A stretch of 64,000 bases of DNA from Octopus bimaculoides (taxonomy: Eukaryota), in contig NC_068981.1 of NCBI RefSeq assembly GCF_001194135.2, positions 39,060,709 to 39,124,708 of the forward strand, given 5' to 3'. The position numbers were made by a program, and so were the translations under genes. Under the pieces are notes generated by a model that saw nothing but the letters and a program-made list of their open reading frames with translations, did no database searches and was not told the DNA's origin. Of this stretch, positions 36,869 through 50,352 are shown piece after piece (position 1 is the stretch's first letter; every line of letters begins with the position of its first letter).

Positions 36869-38365
36869 GTAATGAGATTCTTTATTGACCTGTTGAAAAG
36901 GAAGCAACTACAATAACTGAGACAATGGAAAACCAGGTTTATTTACTGTTGATTTAACACTTTACAATTATTACTGACCAGCAATCTGTTGTATTTATGC
37001 TAGACCAGCACAGAAGAACAAAATGGAAAAAATTATGACATATAAGGATAACAGTGGGAAGTTGCATGTTTCAATTATTTCATTGATTATTGATCAGGTG
37101 TAAAGAACGATGGTCTGGATACTCAAATATTCTGTAGTGATATTTTTTTGTTCATGACTTTCCATAAAGGACTGTGCCATCTGGATTCTGTGAGAATGCT
37201 TCAGTTTGTTCAAGCAAAGAACATACCCTTTTCTACTGAGAACATGATTATCTGTTCAACTCAAAGATGAAACCAGCTAAATGTTCTGCTTATCAGCAAC
37301 ATCAATCTAAGCTAAAGTATTTGTCACTATGTTCCTTGGCACAAATGATATGGTATTGATGATTAACTGGTGTATTATATGAATGACTTTATGGTGTGTG
37401 TGTGTGTGTGTGTATGTGTGCGCACCTCTAGTTGTTATTGAATGTTTTGCTTTATCAAAGAAAAACACAATGTTCAGTTTTCTTTGGTGGAGGAGAATGT
37501 TATATTATTTCCTACTTATTGTTGTTTCTTAAGTTATCAGTATGTGCAACATTTTCTTTTATGTTTTGAGTTGAATAAAACCTTAGAAATCAAAAGGTGT
37601 TTTGATTTATAATAACACATACTCATCAGAAAATTGGACAAACATGGTTTCGAACAATAAGACCTTTCCAAGTGAAGAAAGTACCACTCATCAAAAACTA
37701 GTGATCCTTTAGGTTAAATAGAGAGCTAGAGAGCTTTTAAGGAAATATTGAGAAGCAAAATATGCAAGTTGAAAGACTTCATCAACCAGCCATAGGTTCA
37801 GAGAACAACTAGTTGCTGCATATGATGAGAGAGAAGAGATGATGATAAATTATACCACAGAAGACAACTGGATGTTTCTGAAAACAACAGACTACATCAC
37901 CTGATCTGTAACTAGCATAAAATTCTAGACAAATGGAATATGACACTGTGGAGGAAATTAATGTTAGATAAAACTATAAAGGGCTAGAGTCAGGCCTAGA
38001 AGAATTTGAAGAAAAGAGGGAGCAAAAAGCAATACCAAGAAAAGAATCAGGTAAATTAGCAAAAGGAGAAATCAAAAGTAAGAAATGTCATTTAAAATAA
38101 CTTCCTAAATTTAATATCATACATCTTTTTCTCTTTCCTTTGCTGTTCTGAATGTTCTCTATGATAAAAAGTATCACGCAAGGCGTCCTCTTCTGTTTCT
38201 TTGTCTGTCTTATTTATCCTCATTGTACACTTCTCTGATTGCTGGATAGTTTTTTGCTTTATATTTCTACACTTTTCAGGCATGTGCATTTGCTTACTGG
38301 ATTACATTTGGTATTTGCTTCTCTTCTCTTTACTTCTTAATCTTGCTTCATCCACATTACAATTG

Positions 38366-38372
38366 GCACTTC

Positions 38373-38456
<84 letters not shown>

Positions 38457-38546
38457 TGATTGTCATCGTCAACCTCATCATCACCATTATCATCATCATC
38501 ATTGCTTAACATCTGTTTTCCATTCTGGCATAAATTTAACTTGTGC

Positions 38547-38609
<63 letters not shown>

Positions 38610-38860
38610 CATACATATATTTATACATATATATATGTATGTGTATGCATATATATATACACACAGAGAAAAGGGACTGCTTTTGACCTTTTGACCATAG
38701 CTCTTCACCAGAAAGGAAAATGGAAAAATCCAGAGAAGGAAAAATATTACCAACAGCACGTGTGTAGTTAGTATATATGTATACATGCATACATACATGC
38801 ATGTATATATTATACACACACACAGACATATATGCACACATGCACACACACACACATTTT
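38366..38860. repeat. (CA)n, (TG)n, (CAT)n and (TA)n microsatellite cluster
   Basis: Visible directly. Confidence 0.9.
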
Positions 38861-38888
38861 TTACTTTTATTTTTTTACATGTTTCAAC

Positions 38889-39205
38889 TGGCACACCATC
38901 GACTATGACCATGCGGATTCCAGTGATCTGATCAATGGAACAAACTGCTTATGAAATTAATATGCAAGTGGCTGAGCACTCCACAAGCACATAACCCTTA
39001 ACATACATCACAGGGAGATTCAACATGCCAGAATGTGACAAAGCTGGTCCTTTGAAATACATGTACGACTCATTTTGTCAGCTGAGTGAACTGGAGCAAT
39101 GTGAAATAAAGTATCTTGCTCAAGGACACAATGCATCACCAGAAGTTGAACTCATGATCTTACGATCATCAACCAAGTACCCTAACCAATAAGCCACATG
39201 TCTTC
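38889..39205 (-). mobile_element. SINE C
   Basis: Reverse complement of the 1211-1504 family. Confidence 0.8.
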
Positions 39206-39339
39206 ACAGAAACAAGTTAAAGAATAAAAGAATACATGATATATATGTATACACACATATATATACATACACACATACATATTTATATAGATGCATAATC
39301 ATTTACTTGTGTATATAGGCACATATATTTCATCATGCA

Positions 39340-39413
<74 letters not shown>

Positions 39414-39979
39414 AGTGTACTAATCGGTACAAGTGTTATTTCATGTAAGTACATCAGTATAACTACATTTTGGAACAAATCAGTAATTTCATCTAGTGAT
39501 AAATGAAATTAGATTCCATTTGCTCAGATTATACATTCAAAGATAATCTATTAACACATTTAATTGGTGTAACAAAATTTTTAGACACTTCTCTGAATTA
39601 ATCAATATGAAGTTCATCACATATGCATTTGATTCAGATGTGTGAGTGTGTGGTGGTGTGTATGTGCATGCATGCCTCAGTATATATTAACATATAACTT
39701 ATTTAGATTTATTTCTAGATTTCTTGTAGAAAGAGCTGGTTTCTAACCTAGATCTAAAGCTCCTGCATTGGAATTTCAGCAGCATCAACAGGATAGTTGC
39801 ACATATATATGTGTACATGTGCAAGTATGTTTTGTTTTTATGTATGCATATTTCTACATAATGTTGCATGTCTCAATACATACCTATAAGCTTAACGTTT
39901 GGAAACTTTTACATAATTTGATAATTCCACAGATGATTTGTATCTGTAGTTTCTTAATTAGCTTTCAGGTTTTCATGTT

Positions 39980-40500
39980 TTCAGAACCCTAATTTCTCAA
40001 GATGTATGTATGTTTTTCTTTGGGATATAAGCTCTTCTTAGAGGGTTCAAGACAGTCACTAACAAAGTGACAAAACATTTTGAGTAAATATGTGGTTGAG
40101 TTGGTGCAATGGTTGAGCTGCCAATGCAAAAAAACCAAGTGTGTGCATCTGCTCTTTGCAAATTTTCACTGTGCCACTAATTGATTGCTTTTTGAGAATT
40201 CACATCAATTTCTTTTGAATTTTCATTGAAAAACCTAGAAATACTAGTAATTCTAGGTTTTTGTGTAAATCTGTAGATACATACCTTAATGAACTATAAT
40301 GATAGGTACAAATGAAACATTATAATCAGGAGACAAGAGTTGTAAGTTCTGCATTAGTTCACCATGAATGTTCACTTTTTCCTGGATTTTGATAGTAGAT
40401 TCACATCTGCTGAGCAGCTGACCTCTATAAAAGTGTAGGACTTTTGTCTTCCCCATCCCACAGTAAAATATCAAGTCCATTGCATTTGCACTAGATTACT
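39980..40500 (-). mobile_element. R2-superfamily (RLE) non-LTR 3' remnant
   Basis: Minus strand: KIQEKVNIHGELMQNLQLLSPDYNVSFVPIII..GYVSTDLHKNLELL..ISGTVKICK, the C-terminal part of a restriction-like endonuclease ORF. Confidence 0.7.
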
Positions 40501-40813
40501 GTTCTTATGTATGTATGTATGTATGTATGTATGTATGTATGTATGCATGCATGTATGTGTGTGTGTATTTATGTATGTATGTATGCATGTATGTATATCC
40601 CAAGTATGAAAGGAAACAGTATCCAATTTGGAAGTTCTGGAATCATGGGTTGCATGGATTCATTCCTTAATTACCATTATTCCAGGTCTGTTTTCACCCC
40701 AAATGGTAGTACCTGTTAGAAGTCTTGAGAAAGACAGCTCTTCTAAGTGAAAGATACTCTGACATAAAATTGCTGTCAAAACAGTACCAGTCATCTTGCA
40801 ATACTTGTCACTG

Positions 40814-40969
40814 TCTGCCTTTACGTTCTGAGTTCAAATTTCGCCGAGGTCGATTTTACCTTTCATCCTTTTGGGGTCAGTAAAGTAAATACGACTTGCA
40901 TCCTGGGGTCAATTTAATCGACTGGCCCCCTCCCACAAAATTTCAGGACTTGTGCCTAGAGTAGAAAAG
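40814..40969 (+). mobile_element. SINE B, 5'-truncated
   Basis: Perfect 14-bp TSD AATACTTGTCACTG (40800-40813 / 40970-40983). Confidence 0.9.
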
Positions 40970-41420
40970 AATACTTGTCACTGGAACCTACTATTTGATA
41001 TGCAGACTGTGCGATATTCAGTTACTTACATGATAATTTAATAAGTAAGCAGTTCAGTTGAGAGAAAAGCTGAAATACTCATTGTCAAAACCAATTCAGA
41101 TTAATTTACTTAAGTATATCTATAAATGTATAAATAAATATATGTATAAAGGTGTGTGTTAACACATACACATAAATGTTCAAATAAAGTTGTTATTTTA
41201 ATGCAAATGTAAGATTAACAAGACATTTACTGGTGGTGTGATTCTATTCTGTGAGTAGAGTCAAATTTATAATGAAGATCAAGTTATTGGATTGTTCATC
41301 CAGTGTAAACTGTAGAAATCCAATGTCAAAATTGAAAAGACAGCCAACCTAACTAATCGATTTGTCCGTCTGTTGGTATGCAAAAAATATATATACATAA
41401 GTTATAATGTTATGCATAAA

Positions 41421-41763
41421 GGTCCATGGTTCAGTGGTAAGAGCATTGGGCTCACAGTCATGAAGTAGTGAGTTCGATTCCCGGACTGGGTTGTGTGTTC
41501 TGTTCTTGAGCAAAACACTTTATTTCACATTGCTCCTGTTCCCTCAGCTGTAGAAATTAGTTACAATGTCACTGGTGTCAAGCTGTACCAGCCTTTGCCT
41601 TTCCCTTTGATAATGCCGGTGGCATAGAGGTGGGGGGGGGAGGAGCTGGTATGAATGGGTGACTGCTGATCTTCCATAAACAACCTTACCCAGGCTTGTG
41701 CCTTGGAGGAGAACTTTCTAAGTGCAATCCCATGTTCATTATTGACCAAAGGGGACTTTACCA
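41421..41763 (+). mobile_element. tRNA-headed SINE family D, full length
   Basis: A-box TGGTTCAGTGG and B-box GAGTTCGATTCC. Body matches 4335-4558 and the reverse complement of 43511-43790. Confidence 0.85.
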
Positions 41764-41997
41764 TATGCATAGAGTTGATGTATGATGTGAGAAAAAGAGG
41801 AGGGAAACTTCCCTTGATCCACCTGTAATTTACCTCTGTTTCACGAACACACTATAACTCCTGACACAGATACAAATACAGATGCTGGCCAATATGCAAT
41901 CCATGAACTCAGCATTCAAATATAAGTAGTAGACACATGAAAACATACATTTGTGGAAGAGGGTCAAAAAGCCATATACATCCAGTCCAAGCTGTAA

Positions 41998-42144
41998 AGT
42001 GGTTGGCATCAGGAAGGGCATCCAGCTATTAAGTCCAAGTCAAAGAAGATACTGGAGCTCAATGTAGCCTTTGGACAAATTGGATCCTTTGAAACCATCC
42101 AAACTGTGCCAGCATGGAGGCTGGATGTTAAATGATAATGTTGA

Positions 42145-42215
<71 letters not shown>

Positions 42216-42670
42216 TCATCATCATTTAATGTCTGTTGTCCATGCTGGCATGGGTTGGACGGTTTGACTGGGCTGGCACACTGGAAGGCTGCACCAGACT
42301 TCAGTCTGATTTGGTATGGTTTTCTATGGCTGGATGCCCATCCTAACGCCAACCACTCTGAGAGTGTAATGTGTACTTTTACATGTTGCTGGCATGGGTG
42401 CCGTTTGTGTGGCACTGGGGTGCATTTACATGCCATCAGCACAGGAGCCAATTTGTGTGACACCAGTATCTTCCACGACTGTGATTCTGCTTGGCTTGAT
42501 GCGTCTTCTTCTGAAGCATGACATAATGCCAAAGATCTTGGTCATTGCTTCCGTAATACCTAACACTTGAAAGGAACTCAGCCACTTTACCTCTCTGAGG
42601 CCCAATGCTCGAAAGGGAATTCAGCCACCTTGCCTCCATGAGGCCCAACACTTGAAAGGAACTCAGTCAA
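41998..42670. mobile_element. two RTE-tail elements tail-to-tail around a long (TA)n
   Basis: Plus copy about 41998-42148, (TA)n 42148-42212, minus copy about 42213-42670 with roughly 43-bp tandem modules containing TTGAAAGGAACTCAG. Confidence 0.8.
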
Positions 42671-42893
42671 ATATATAAATATATACAGATGTATATATAT
42701 ATATACATATATATAGATAAATACATGCTCATATATGCATATATGCATACATATATATATATAAGTGAATATGTATATATACATAAATATATACTGGTAT
42801 ATGCAAATATGCAAACATACATATAAACATGTATATACATGCATATATATATATACATAAATATACACAGACACACACATGCACACACAGACA

Positions 42894-42934
<41 letters not shown>

Positions 42935-42940
42935 ACACAA
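42668..42940. repeat. (TA)n/(CA)n degenerate microsatellite
   Basis: Visible directly. Confidence 0.9.
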
Positions 42941-43224
42941 AAGAGGGTGAAGAAGAAATAGAAAACAAGATGTCAGTGATATTTTAGAAATTCATTTAAA
43001 ACTTCTGCAGCTATTTCAATGGCAATAATGAATGTATACAACCATATAATTGTTAATAAGAACAGCAAGTTATGCAATGTAATTATTAATAATCAATAAT
43101 AGTTGTAATATAACATAATTATTTATAATTAACAATAGTTATAATTACATAACATAAGTATTTCTTTGGTGCATGAACACAAATTACTATATTGAAATGT
43201 TTGTGTATGTGTGTTGCGTGTGTG

Positions 43225-43274
<50 letters not shown>

Positions 43275-43304
43275 ATGTGTGTATGGTTGCATGTTTGAGA
43301 AGTT

Positions 43305-43460
43305 TGCGACGTACAGACGTAGTTGTGTGGTTGAAAAGTTTGCTTCCTAAACTCACGGTTTCACATTCAGTCCCATTATTTGGTATGTTGGGCAATATCT
43401 TCTCCTGCAGCCCCCACTTAGCTGGTCGATGGAAACTGAAAATAATGCATTGTGTGTGTA
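43305..43460 (+). mobile_element. SINE A head, degenerate
   Basis: TGTGTGGTTGAAAAGTTTGCTTCC..TTCAGTCCCA..GATGGAAACTGAAA. Confidence 0.65.
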
Positions 43461-43510
43461 TATATATATATATATATACATATATATAAACTCTCGACAC
43501 CGTCAGTCAC

Positions 43511-43900
43511 AAATGACCATGAGTGCACTTAAGAGGTTCCCCTCCAGGGCACAAGTCCGGGTGGAAAGTTGCCTCACCTGCAAATGCACAACCTAGGATT
43601 GTTTTTATGGAAGACCAACAGTCACCCATGCATACCAGCCCCCACTTCCATGCCATCAATATTGTCCAAGGGAAAGGCAAAAACTGATACAGCTTGTCAC
43701 CAGTGACATTGCAACTCATTTCTACAGCTGAGTGAACTGGAGCAACGTGAAATAAAGTGTCTTGCTAAAAAACATGACATGCAGCCCGGTCCGGGCTGCA
43801 TGTCATGTTTTTTAGCAAGACACTTTTTTAGCAAGACACTTTTTTAGCAAGACATTTTTTTAGCAAGACACTTTTTTAGCAACCAAACTCGCAACCACAC
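43511..43900 (-). mobile_element. SINE D with internal fold-back duplication
   Basis: Reverse complement of family D, interrupted by a palindrome and a short tandem array. Confidence 0.8.
43754..43880. repeat. perfect 73-bp palindrome followed by a roughly 16-17 bp tandem array
   Basis: 36-bp arms 43754-43789 and 43791-43826 with a 1-nt spacer, then repeats of TTTTTTAGCAAGACAC. Confidence 0.95.
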
Positions 43901-44849
43901 GGCCTTCTTCTTCTTCTTCTCCACCACCTCCTTTCTCTACTATTGTTGCTTAAACAATCAAAGACAAGAATTCATATCAGACTAGTTACTGCTAACTACC
44001 TAGAACCCACAAAAGTAAAAAAGTGAGACAGAGATGGGCAGAAAAAAGGAAAATGTCCCTTGCATTTGAAAACTATGGAAATATATATATTTTTTTTTAA
44101 ACATTCCATTTATTTTTTCCACAATTTAATTGTTTTTCATACTTTACACTAAGTTGAAAAAAGCGCAATGACTGAAAGCAGTACTAAAATGTTCTTCATG
44201 ATGAAATTATTTTAGCATTTTCTACCTTGTCTTCTTTACCTTATATATATATATATATAATGATGATAATGATAATAATAATAATAATCCATGTATTGTT
44301 ATTATTACTGTATTTCTCCTACATTATATGACACAGCTCAGTACAACCCCAAAAAACTGCTATTGCCACTTTGTATCATTTGGCTATAGCCAGCATAATG
44401 AAACAGGAGTTTTTATATGCATATTCAAAATGTTTCCTCACAAACGAACTTAAAGGATGTGTGTGTGTATATATATATATATATATAAAAGTGTGTGTGT
44501 GTGTGTGTGTGTAAACCCACATAACTTCTGAAGTTCACAATTAGTTTTCTCCAAACTAGCAACATACTTATGTTCCAGAGATGGTTTTAGACTCTCAAGA
44601 CGTTTCACATAATGAGTAATGGGCCCTCTGGGGGCAGAAAACATCATTTGCTGGGTTATATGGAGAAGGGTGGTAGCTCTTTGTGAAGTAACTTTCAGAA
44701 ATTGATTGTCTCCCAACATAATTAATCCGCTGAATGTTTTCCATCTTTTTAAAATATTGATATTAATTAATTTTTTTTATTTATTTATTAACATAACAGT
44801 ATCATCTCAGTTCATTGTATGTATTTATTAAAATTTGCTAAGATCATAT

Positions 44850-45440
44850 TTCTTGACATAATATCTCCAAAGAGGAAATCATCCATTGGTAGAAAAATTG
44901 TCACAATCTCAATTGGCTGTGTGAAAAAGCAACACTGGCTCCAAAAAGTAAAATTAATGAGCAGCTGCTGCAGTACCTTCCTGGAAGTCCTCACATCTAT
45001 TAGTTAGTTGATACAATCCCAGATCCAGAAGAGGTAGTAAATTATCCAACAGAATTTCACAAGTCATAGGAGCCTCCAGCACTATCTCCCCACAGATTAG
45101 AATTTAAAGTGGGAACTCTATTAATTAAGGAGTTTGGATCCACCAACAGTCTGCAATGGGAAATACCTGGTGGTAAAGTAGATGATGCCACATGTTACTG
45201 AGGCGACCATTCTCTCGGGATGTGGAAAAGGAGAGGATGTTTTCATACCCAGGATTGCTCTCATTCCATCCTTTTTCATGTCTATCAATAAATCCCAGGG
45301 CTAAACTGTCTGTGGTAGGACTTCACTTGGAAGAATTGTACTTCTCACACAGGCAATTATATGTTGGCTGTTCTAGAGTGGGAAGCAAAAAATATATATT
45401 TACATTTGTTTCACAAAGGTAAACAAAGAATATTGTTTAA
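44850..45440 (+). mobile_element. Helitron PIF1-type helicase C-terminal remnant
   Basis: WLCEKATLAP..NYPTEF..PHRLEFKVG..EATILSGCGKGEDVFIPRIALIP..MSINKSQG..FSHRQLYVGCSRV, with stops, frameshifts and a deletion of the FPVRLAFA-type segment. Confidence 0.9.
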
Positions 45441-45479
45441 TAAGAGGTTTTGTAGGAATTACTACATCCTACGATACAC

Positions 45480-46090
45480 TGCAGTATCCACCGCTCTTTG
45501 TGAATGGTGAAAAGGGATACCATTTCAGCATAATACCAACAAACCTGGAGACAGCACCAACAAAGCTGTTTCCTTCATGGACTTCAGTATCAAAGCATAT
45601 TCTCCAATTACTCCCACTAACCATGCAGTAAGCCATTATGCCTTTTATTTTTTCAAGCAGTTCCTTACAAAGTCTCATGTGACTGCATCGGCTCAGTTTA
45701 TGTTTCTTATTCTACAGCCACACCAGCAATCCAATGTCAACCCTTTGTTTTCTGCAAGATTTCAACGGTTCACTTCCCTGTTACCATCTCCCATAGCAGC
45801 CTCTTTCCAGAATGTACCCATTTACATACAATATCTCCATTACACCTACATTCATTTGACTGTCAACTATACAATGGATTGTGTTAGTCACAGCACTGAT
45901 TGCCACAAAGGAGAGTATATCCATTGACAGTTTTCCAATGAATTCAAAAATCACATGCGTCCCACCCCAATTTTCCATGACAAGTTAGGGTCTGGAATCC
46001 TCCAGATGCATGATATGTTGATTAGTGAAATTAGCCCATCATTTACTCCACAAATGTTTTGTCATCTATGCTGCATTTTCCCATTTCACA
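45480..46090 (+). mobile_element. unassigned GC-richer decayed coding sequence, possibly a Penelope-type RT remnant
   Basis: Weak ordered echoes (MD..Y..I.P; FTYNIS; SHP..FP) across frameshifts. Not convincing by eye. Confidence 0.25.
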
Positions 46091-46139
46091 CGTTTCAACA
46101 TGACTGTAATATATATATACAAACTATGCCATTTTAATC

Positions 46140-46200
46140 CTGAGCAATGCCAGATATCTCTGCTAGTCTATACATATATATGTGCATGTGTATGCATATG

Positions 46201-46235
<35 letters not shown>

Positions 46236-46913
46236 TTATATATATACACACACATTACATATATACATATACATATATACATATACATACANNNNNNNNN
46301 NNNNNNNNNNNNNNNNNNNNNNNNNNNNNNNNNNNNNNNNNNNNNNNNNNNNNNNNNNNNNNNNNNNNNNNNNNNNNNNNNNNNNNNNNNNNNNNNNNNN
46401 NNNNNNNNNNNNNNNNNNNNNNNNNNNNNNNNNNNNNNNNNNNNNNNNNNNNNNNNNNNNNNNNNNNNNNNNNNNNNNNNNNNNNNNNNNNNNNNNNNNN
46501 NNNNNNNNNNNNNNNNNNNNNNNNNNNNNNNNNNNNNNNNNNNNNNNNNNNNNNNNNNNNNNNNNNNNNNNNNNNNNNNNNNNNNNNNTATATATATATA
46601 TATATATATATGCAGATATGACCGAAAATACATTTACTTCTGTACATATATATTCACAAATGTGTATGAGTGTGCGTGGAAAACAGACATTAAAGGATGA
46701 TGATGATATGAATGTATATATATATACATATGTGCTTATGCATTTTATAAGTGGCAAAAAAATGACACTTACACACATTAGTATATACCTGTGTGTATTC
46801 ATACATGTTCATATTTACATAGGTGAATAGTTGAATATATACATATGTGTGTGTATGGGGATATATACATACATACACACATACATACATACATACATAT
46901 GTACATACATATG

Positions 46914-47000
<87 letters not shown>
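46140..47000. repeat. (TA)n/(CATA)n microsatellites with gap 46292-46588
   Basis: Visible directly; includes a pure (TA)n of about 75 bp. Confidence 0.95.
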
Positions 47001-47001
<1 letters not shown>

Positions 47002-47794
47002 CATATGTAAGAGCATGTGCTACTGAAACATTCCATTATATAATCAATACCATCTGACGTATGGGTTATCTTGCTAACTTTAAACAATTATCCAATTCGT
47101 GTTTGTAGCCTCTAAATGGAGCGATCACCTGCTGATTTTTTGATAATTTCAGCAGGCCTTTACAGCAAGTTGGGGCAAAAGTAAATTTCCTTTCACTTCA
47201 ACATGATTGCAATCTATTGAGCTATCATTTTGACCAGATGGTCAAAATTACAGAGGAAATGCTTTCCATTTTGGAACTAAATCCAATTAAGCTTTCCACT
47301 ACAGTCACAATTCATATTATAGTTACAACCAGTATCTTAACCAAAACTCTATATGAAGAAGTACTATTTATTTACTCAACCAAATCAGTATTCACTACTT
47401 TTGAGATATTCATAAACCATGAGAATGCTAACATGGAATAATGTAGAACATACCCTATCATTTCTGTGCAGAGTTATGTTTGTTATTTATATTCTATCTT
47501 TTCTTTTTCTCCTTTTTTTTTTTTTGTAATACAAAAGAAAATTGGTTTCATTATTTAAGAGAAAAATATGAACAGAAACAGGATAAGAATTTGTAGATGA
47601 TTTACTCAACCAAAATAAAAGTTTGCATGTTCATTTCCAAATAGAAGAAACAAATGTATATATTATTTTATTGTTTTCTTTTCCAACTTCAATGCACATA
47701 CTTGAATATACATAGAGATATGCACACCACACACACATGTATATGTATATATGAATACATACACATGCACACACATATATGTATTTATAAATAT

Positions 47795-47836
<42 letters not shown>

Positions 47837-47893
47837 TGTGTGTGTGCTTATATTGATGCATGTATGCATGTATATATATATATACATATAAAC

Positions 47894-47931
<38 letters not shown>

Positions 47932-48029
47932 GAGCACGTATGTACATATGTTTGTAAAAATATATGTATATATACATACTTCCACAAGTACATAAATATA
48001 TCATCATCATCATCATCATATTCCTCATC

Positions 48030-48330
48030 ATTTTCCTCATCACCATTTACATGTCTGTTCTTCCAAGCATGGTAAGCCGGATGTAAAATTGGCTTAGGCA
48101 GGTCTTACCCAATACAGCATCCCACCACTTGTTGGTTTGTTTATCATCTCTTTCACAAGCTTCAGCATCCTGAGATCTTCTTTCAACATTTTTGCCTGTG
48201 TCTGACTTACTCTTCCTCGTCCACTGATTCCTTCCACATGAATCTCCTTGTAACTTTTTGGCAAGAATCAAATCATGTCTGTTTCAAATCAACATATTCT
48301 CTATTTATCATCTGAAGTGTGTTTGCCGCA
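48030..48330 (-). mobile_element. RTE LINE 3'-end remnant
   Basis: Minus strand: [37 protein letters not shown], followed by a tail. Confidence 0.65.
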
Positions 48331-48539
48331 TACACAACTTAGCGTATGTAGTTAGATAGAAATCTTGGTAAAGACATAACCAATGTCATTAAGAAATTCA
48401 CTTTACAACAATGTGTTCCCAGGTTTGATTACACAGTGCAAGGGAGCAAGTGCCAAGTATCATCTTAACTTGGTCAATATCTTGTTAGGGAAATTTGGTA
48501 GACAGAAATTGTGTAGATGCCTATCATATATATGCTTGA

Positions 48540-48540
48540 A

Positions 48541-48572
<32 letters not shown>

Positions 48573-49030
48573 CTTTACTACCCACAAGGGGCTACACACA
48601 GAGGGCACAANNNNNNNNNNNNNNNNNNNNNNNNNNNNNNNNNNNNNNNNNNNNNNNNNNNNNNNNNNNNNNNNNNNNNNNNNNNNNNNNNNNNNNNNNN
48701 NNNNNNNNNNNNNNNNNNNNNNNNNNNNNNNNNNNNNNNNNNNNNNNNNNNNNNNNNNNNNNNNNNNNNNNNNNNNNNNNNNNNNNNNNNNNNNNNNNNN
48801 NNNNNNNNNNNNNNNNNNNNNNNNNNNNNNNNNNNNNNNNNNNNNNNNNNNNNNNNNNNNNNNNNNNNNNNNNNNNNNNNNNNNNNNNNNNNNNNNNNNN
48901 NNNNNNNNNNNNNNNNNNNNNNNNNNNNNNNNNNNNNNNNNNNNNNNNNNNNNNNNNNNNNNNNNNNNNNNNNNNNNNNNNNNNNNNNNNNNNNNNNNNN
49001 NGCGTGCGTGCGTGCGTGCGTGCGTGCGTG
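48540..49030. repeat. (TG)n and (GCGT)n around gap 48611-49001
   Basis: Visible directly. Confidence 0.9.
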
Positions 49031-50036
49031 TTAAAAGATGCATTGAGTGACATCTTTTCATACTAAAAAGAAGCTCATATGCATGACTGCTGTCCAATAA
49101 GTGAAAACTAGTGAAAGTATAAAATAATCTCTTTGATTTGTAGGTATGCATACACTTTGCCCATTTGACCATCTGTGACTTCCGTCAGAAGAAACCTACC
49201 TTATACAATTCAGCAATATAATAAAGCTGGTGCAATTTGAAGAAGAGAAATGAAGGAGGAGATGGCATTAATAAAATCAATAAAATTTTAAGAACTCTAA
49301 AAGAAGCAATAGGGCTTTATACAAATTATGCTGGTAGATATTTCTGAGACTATCCATTCATTACAAACTTCTTATATTCAATCTCCTTGTACTTAAATCT
49401 GGAATCTCAAGAATTAAATCAAAATTAATACCTTAGGAACCAACTTATTTGCAATGATCTTCATACTTTTCAATGTGATTGAGATCCTCAAAGTCAAAAA
49501 TCTAGATATCTCATATATTTCATTTGCACTTTATTTATCTCCTGATACATTTCTAATGAACTTAATTATTAATCCAGTGAAGAATAAATACTTTGATTCT
49601 TTCTTTCTTTCTTTCTTTCTTGTTTCCTTTCTTTCTGTCTTTCTTTTCTCTCAGATTTGTTTACAGGATTAAAAATATTGATGTATATTTTCAAGTGTGT
49701 TTTGGAATATTTATTATTGGAGAGAGTTTTTATAATTTTATGCCAGAATGAGACTTATTTCCTTCCTTAATCTGCCACATCTGTTTAAATGCCTACTGTC
49801 TCAGAAACATGTATGGAAATGAAACAGAATTTATATCTGTTAATCTTCTTATATAGAATTAAAAGAGATGGCAAAATGATTTTGATGATAAATATGGAGA
49901 TGATGGTGATAATGATGATGATGATGGTATTAATGTCAGTTTTTAACTTCGAAGTGTATAGTCAGGTGTTGCTTAGTAAGATGGGATATGTTAAGACTTA
50001 GTATCTAAGAAATATCTGTGCTTTGACTCCGCTCTG

Positions 50037-50265
50037 TCATTATCATCCTTTAACGTCCACATTTCCATGCCTGCATGGGTCAGATGGAATTTGTTGATGG
50101 ATACTTTCTATGGTTTGAGCCCTTCCTATCAGAAACCCTCATATGTTTTCAAGCAAGATAATATTTTTCTGTGGCCAGACATGTTTTTATGGAAGGCTAA
50201 AAATAATATTGCTTGATGATCATTTATAACTATCACATGATGCCAAGAGAAGGATACAAACAAAT

Positions 50266-50305
<40 letters not shown>

Positions 50306-50315
50306 NNNNNNNNNN

Positions 50316-50352
<37 letters not shown>

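Noticed and set aside
38092-38289. Minus-strand ORF with a charged, protein-like sequence (DKETEEDALRDTF..)
   Set aside because: It arises from a purine-rich strand opposite a polypyrimidine tract, has a poor acceptor, and shows no recognisable homology.
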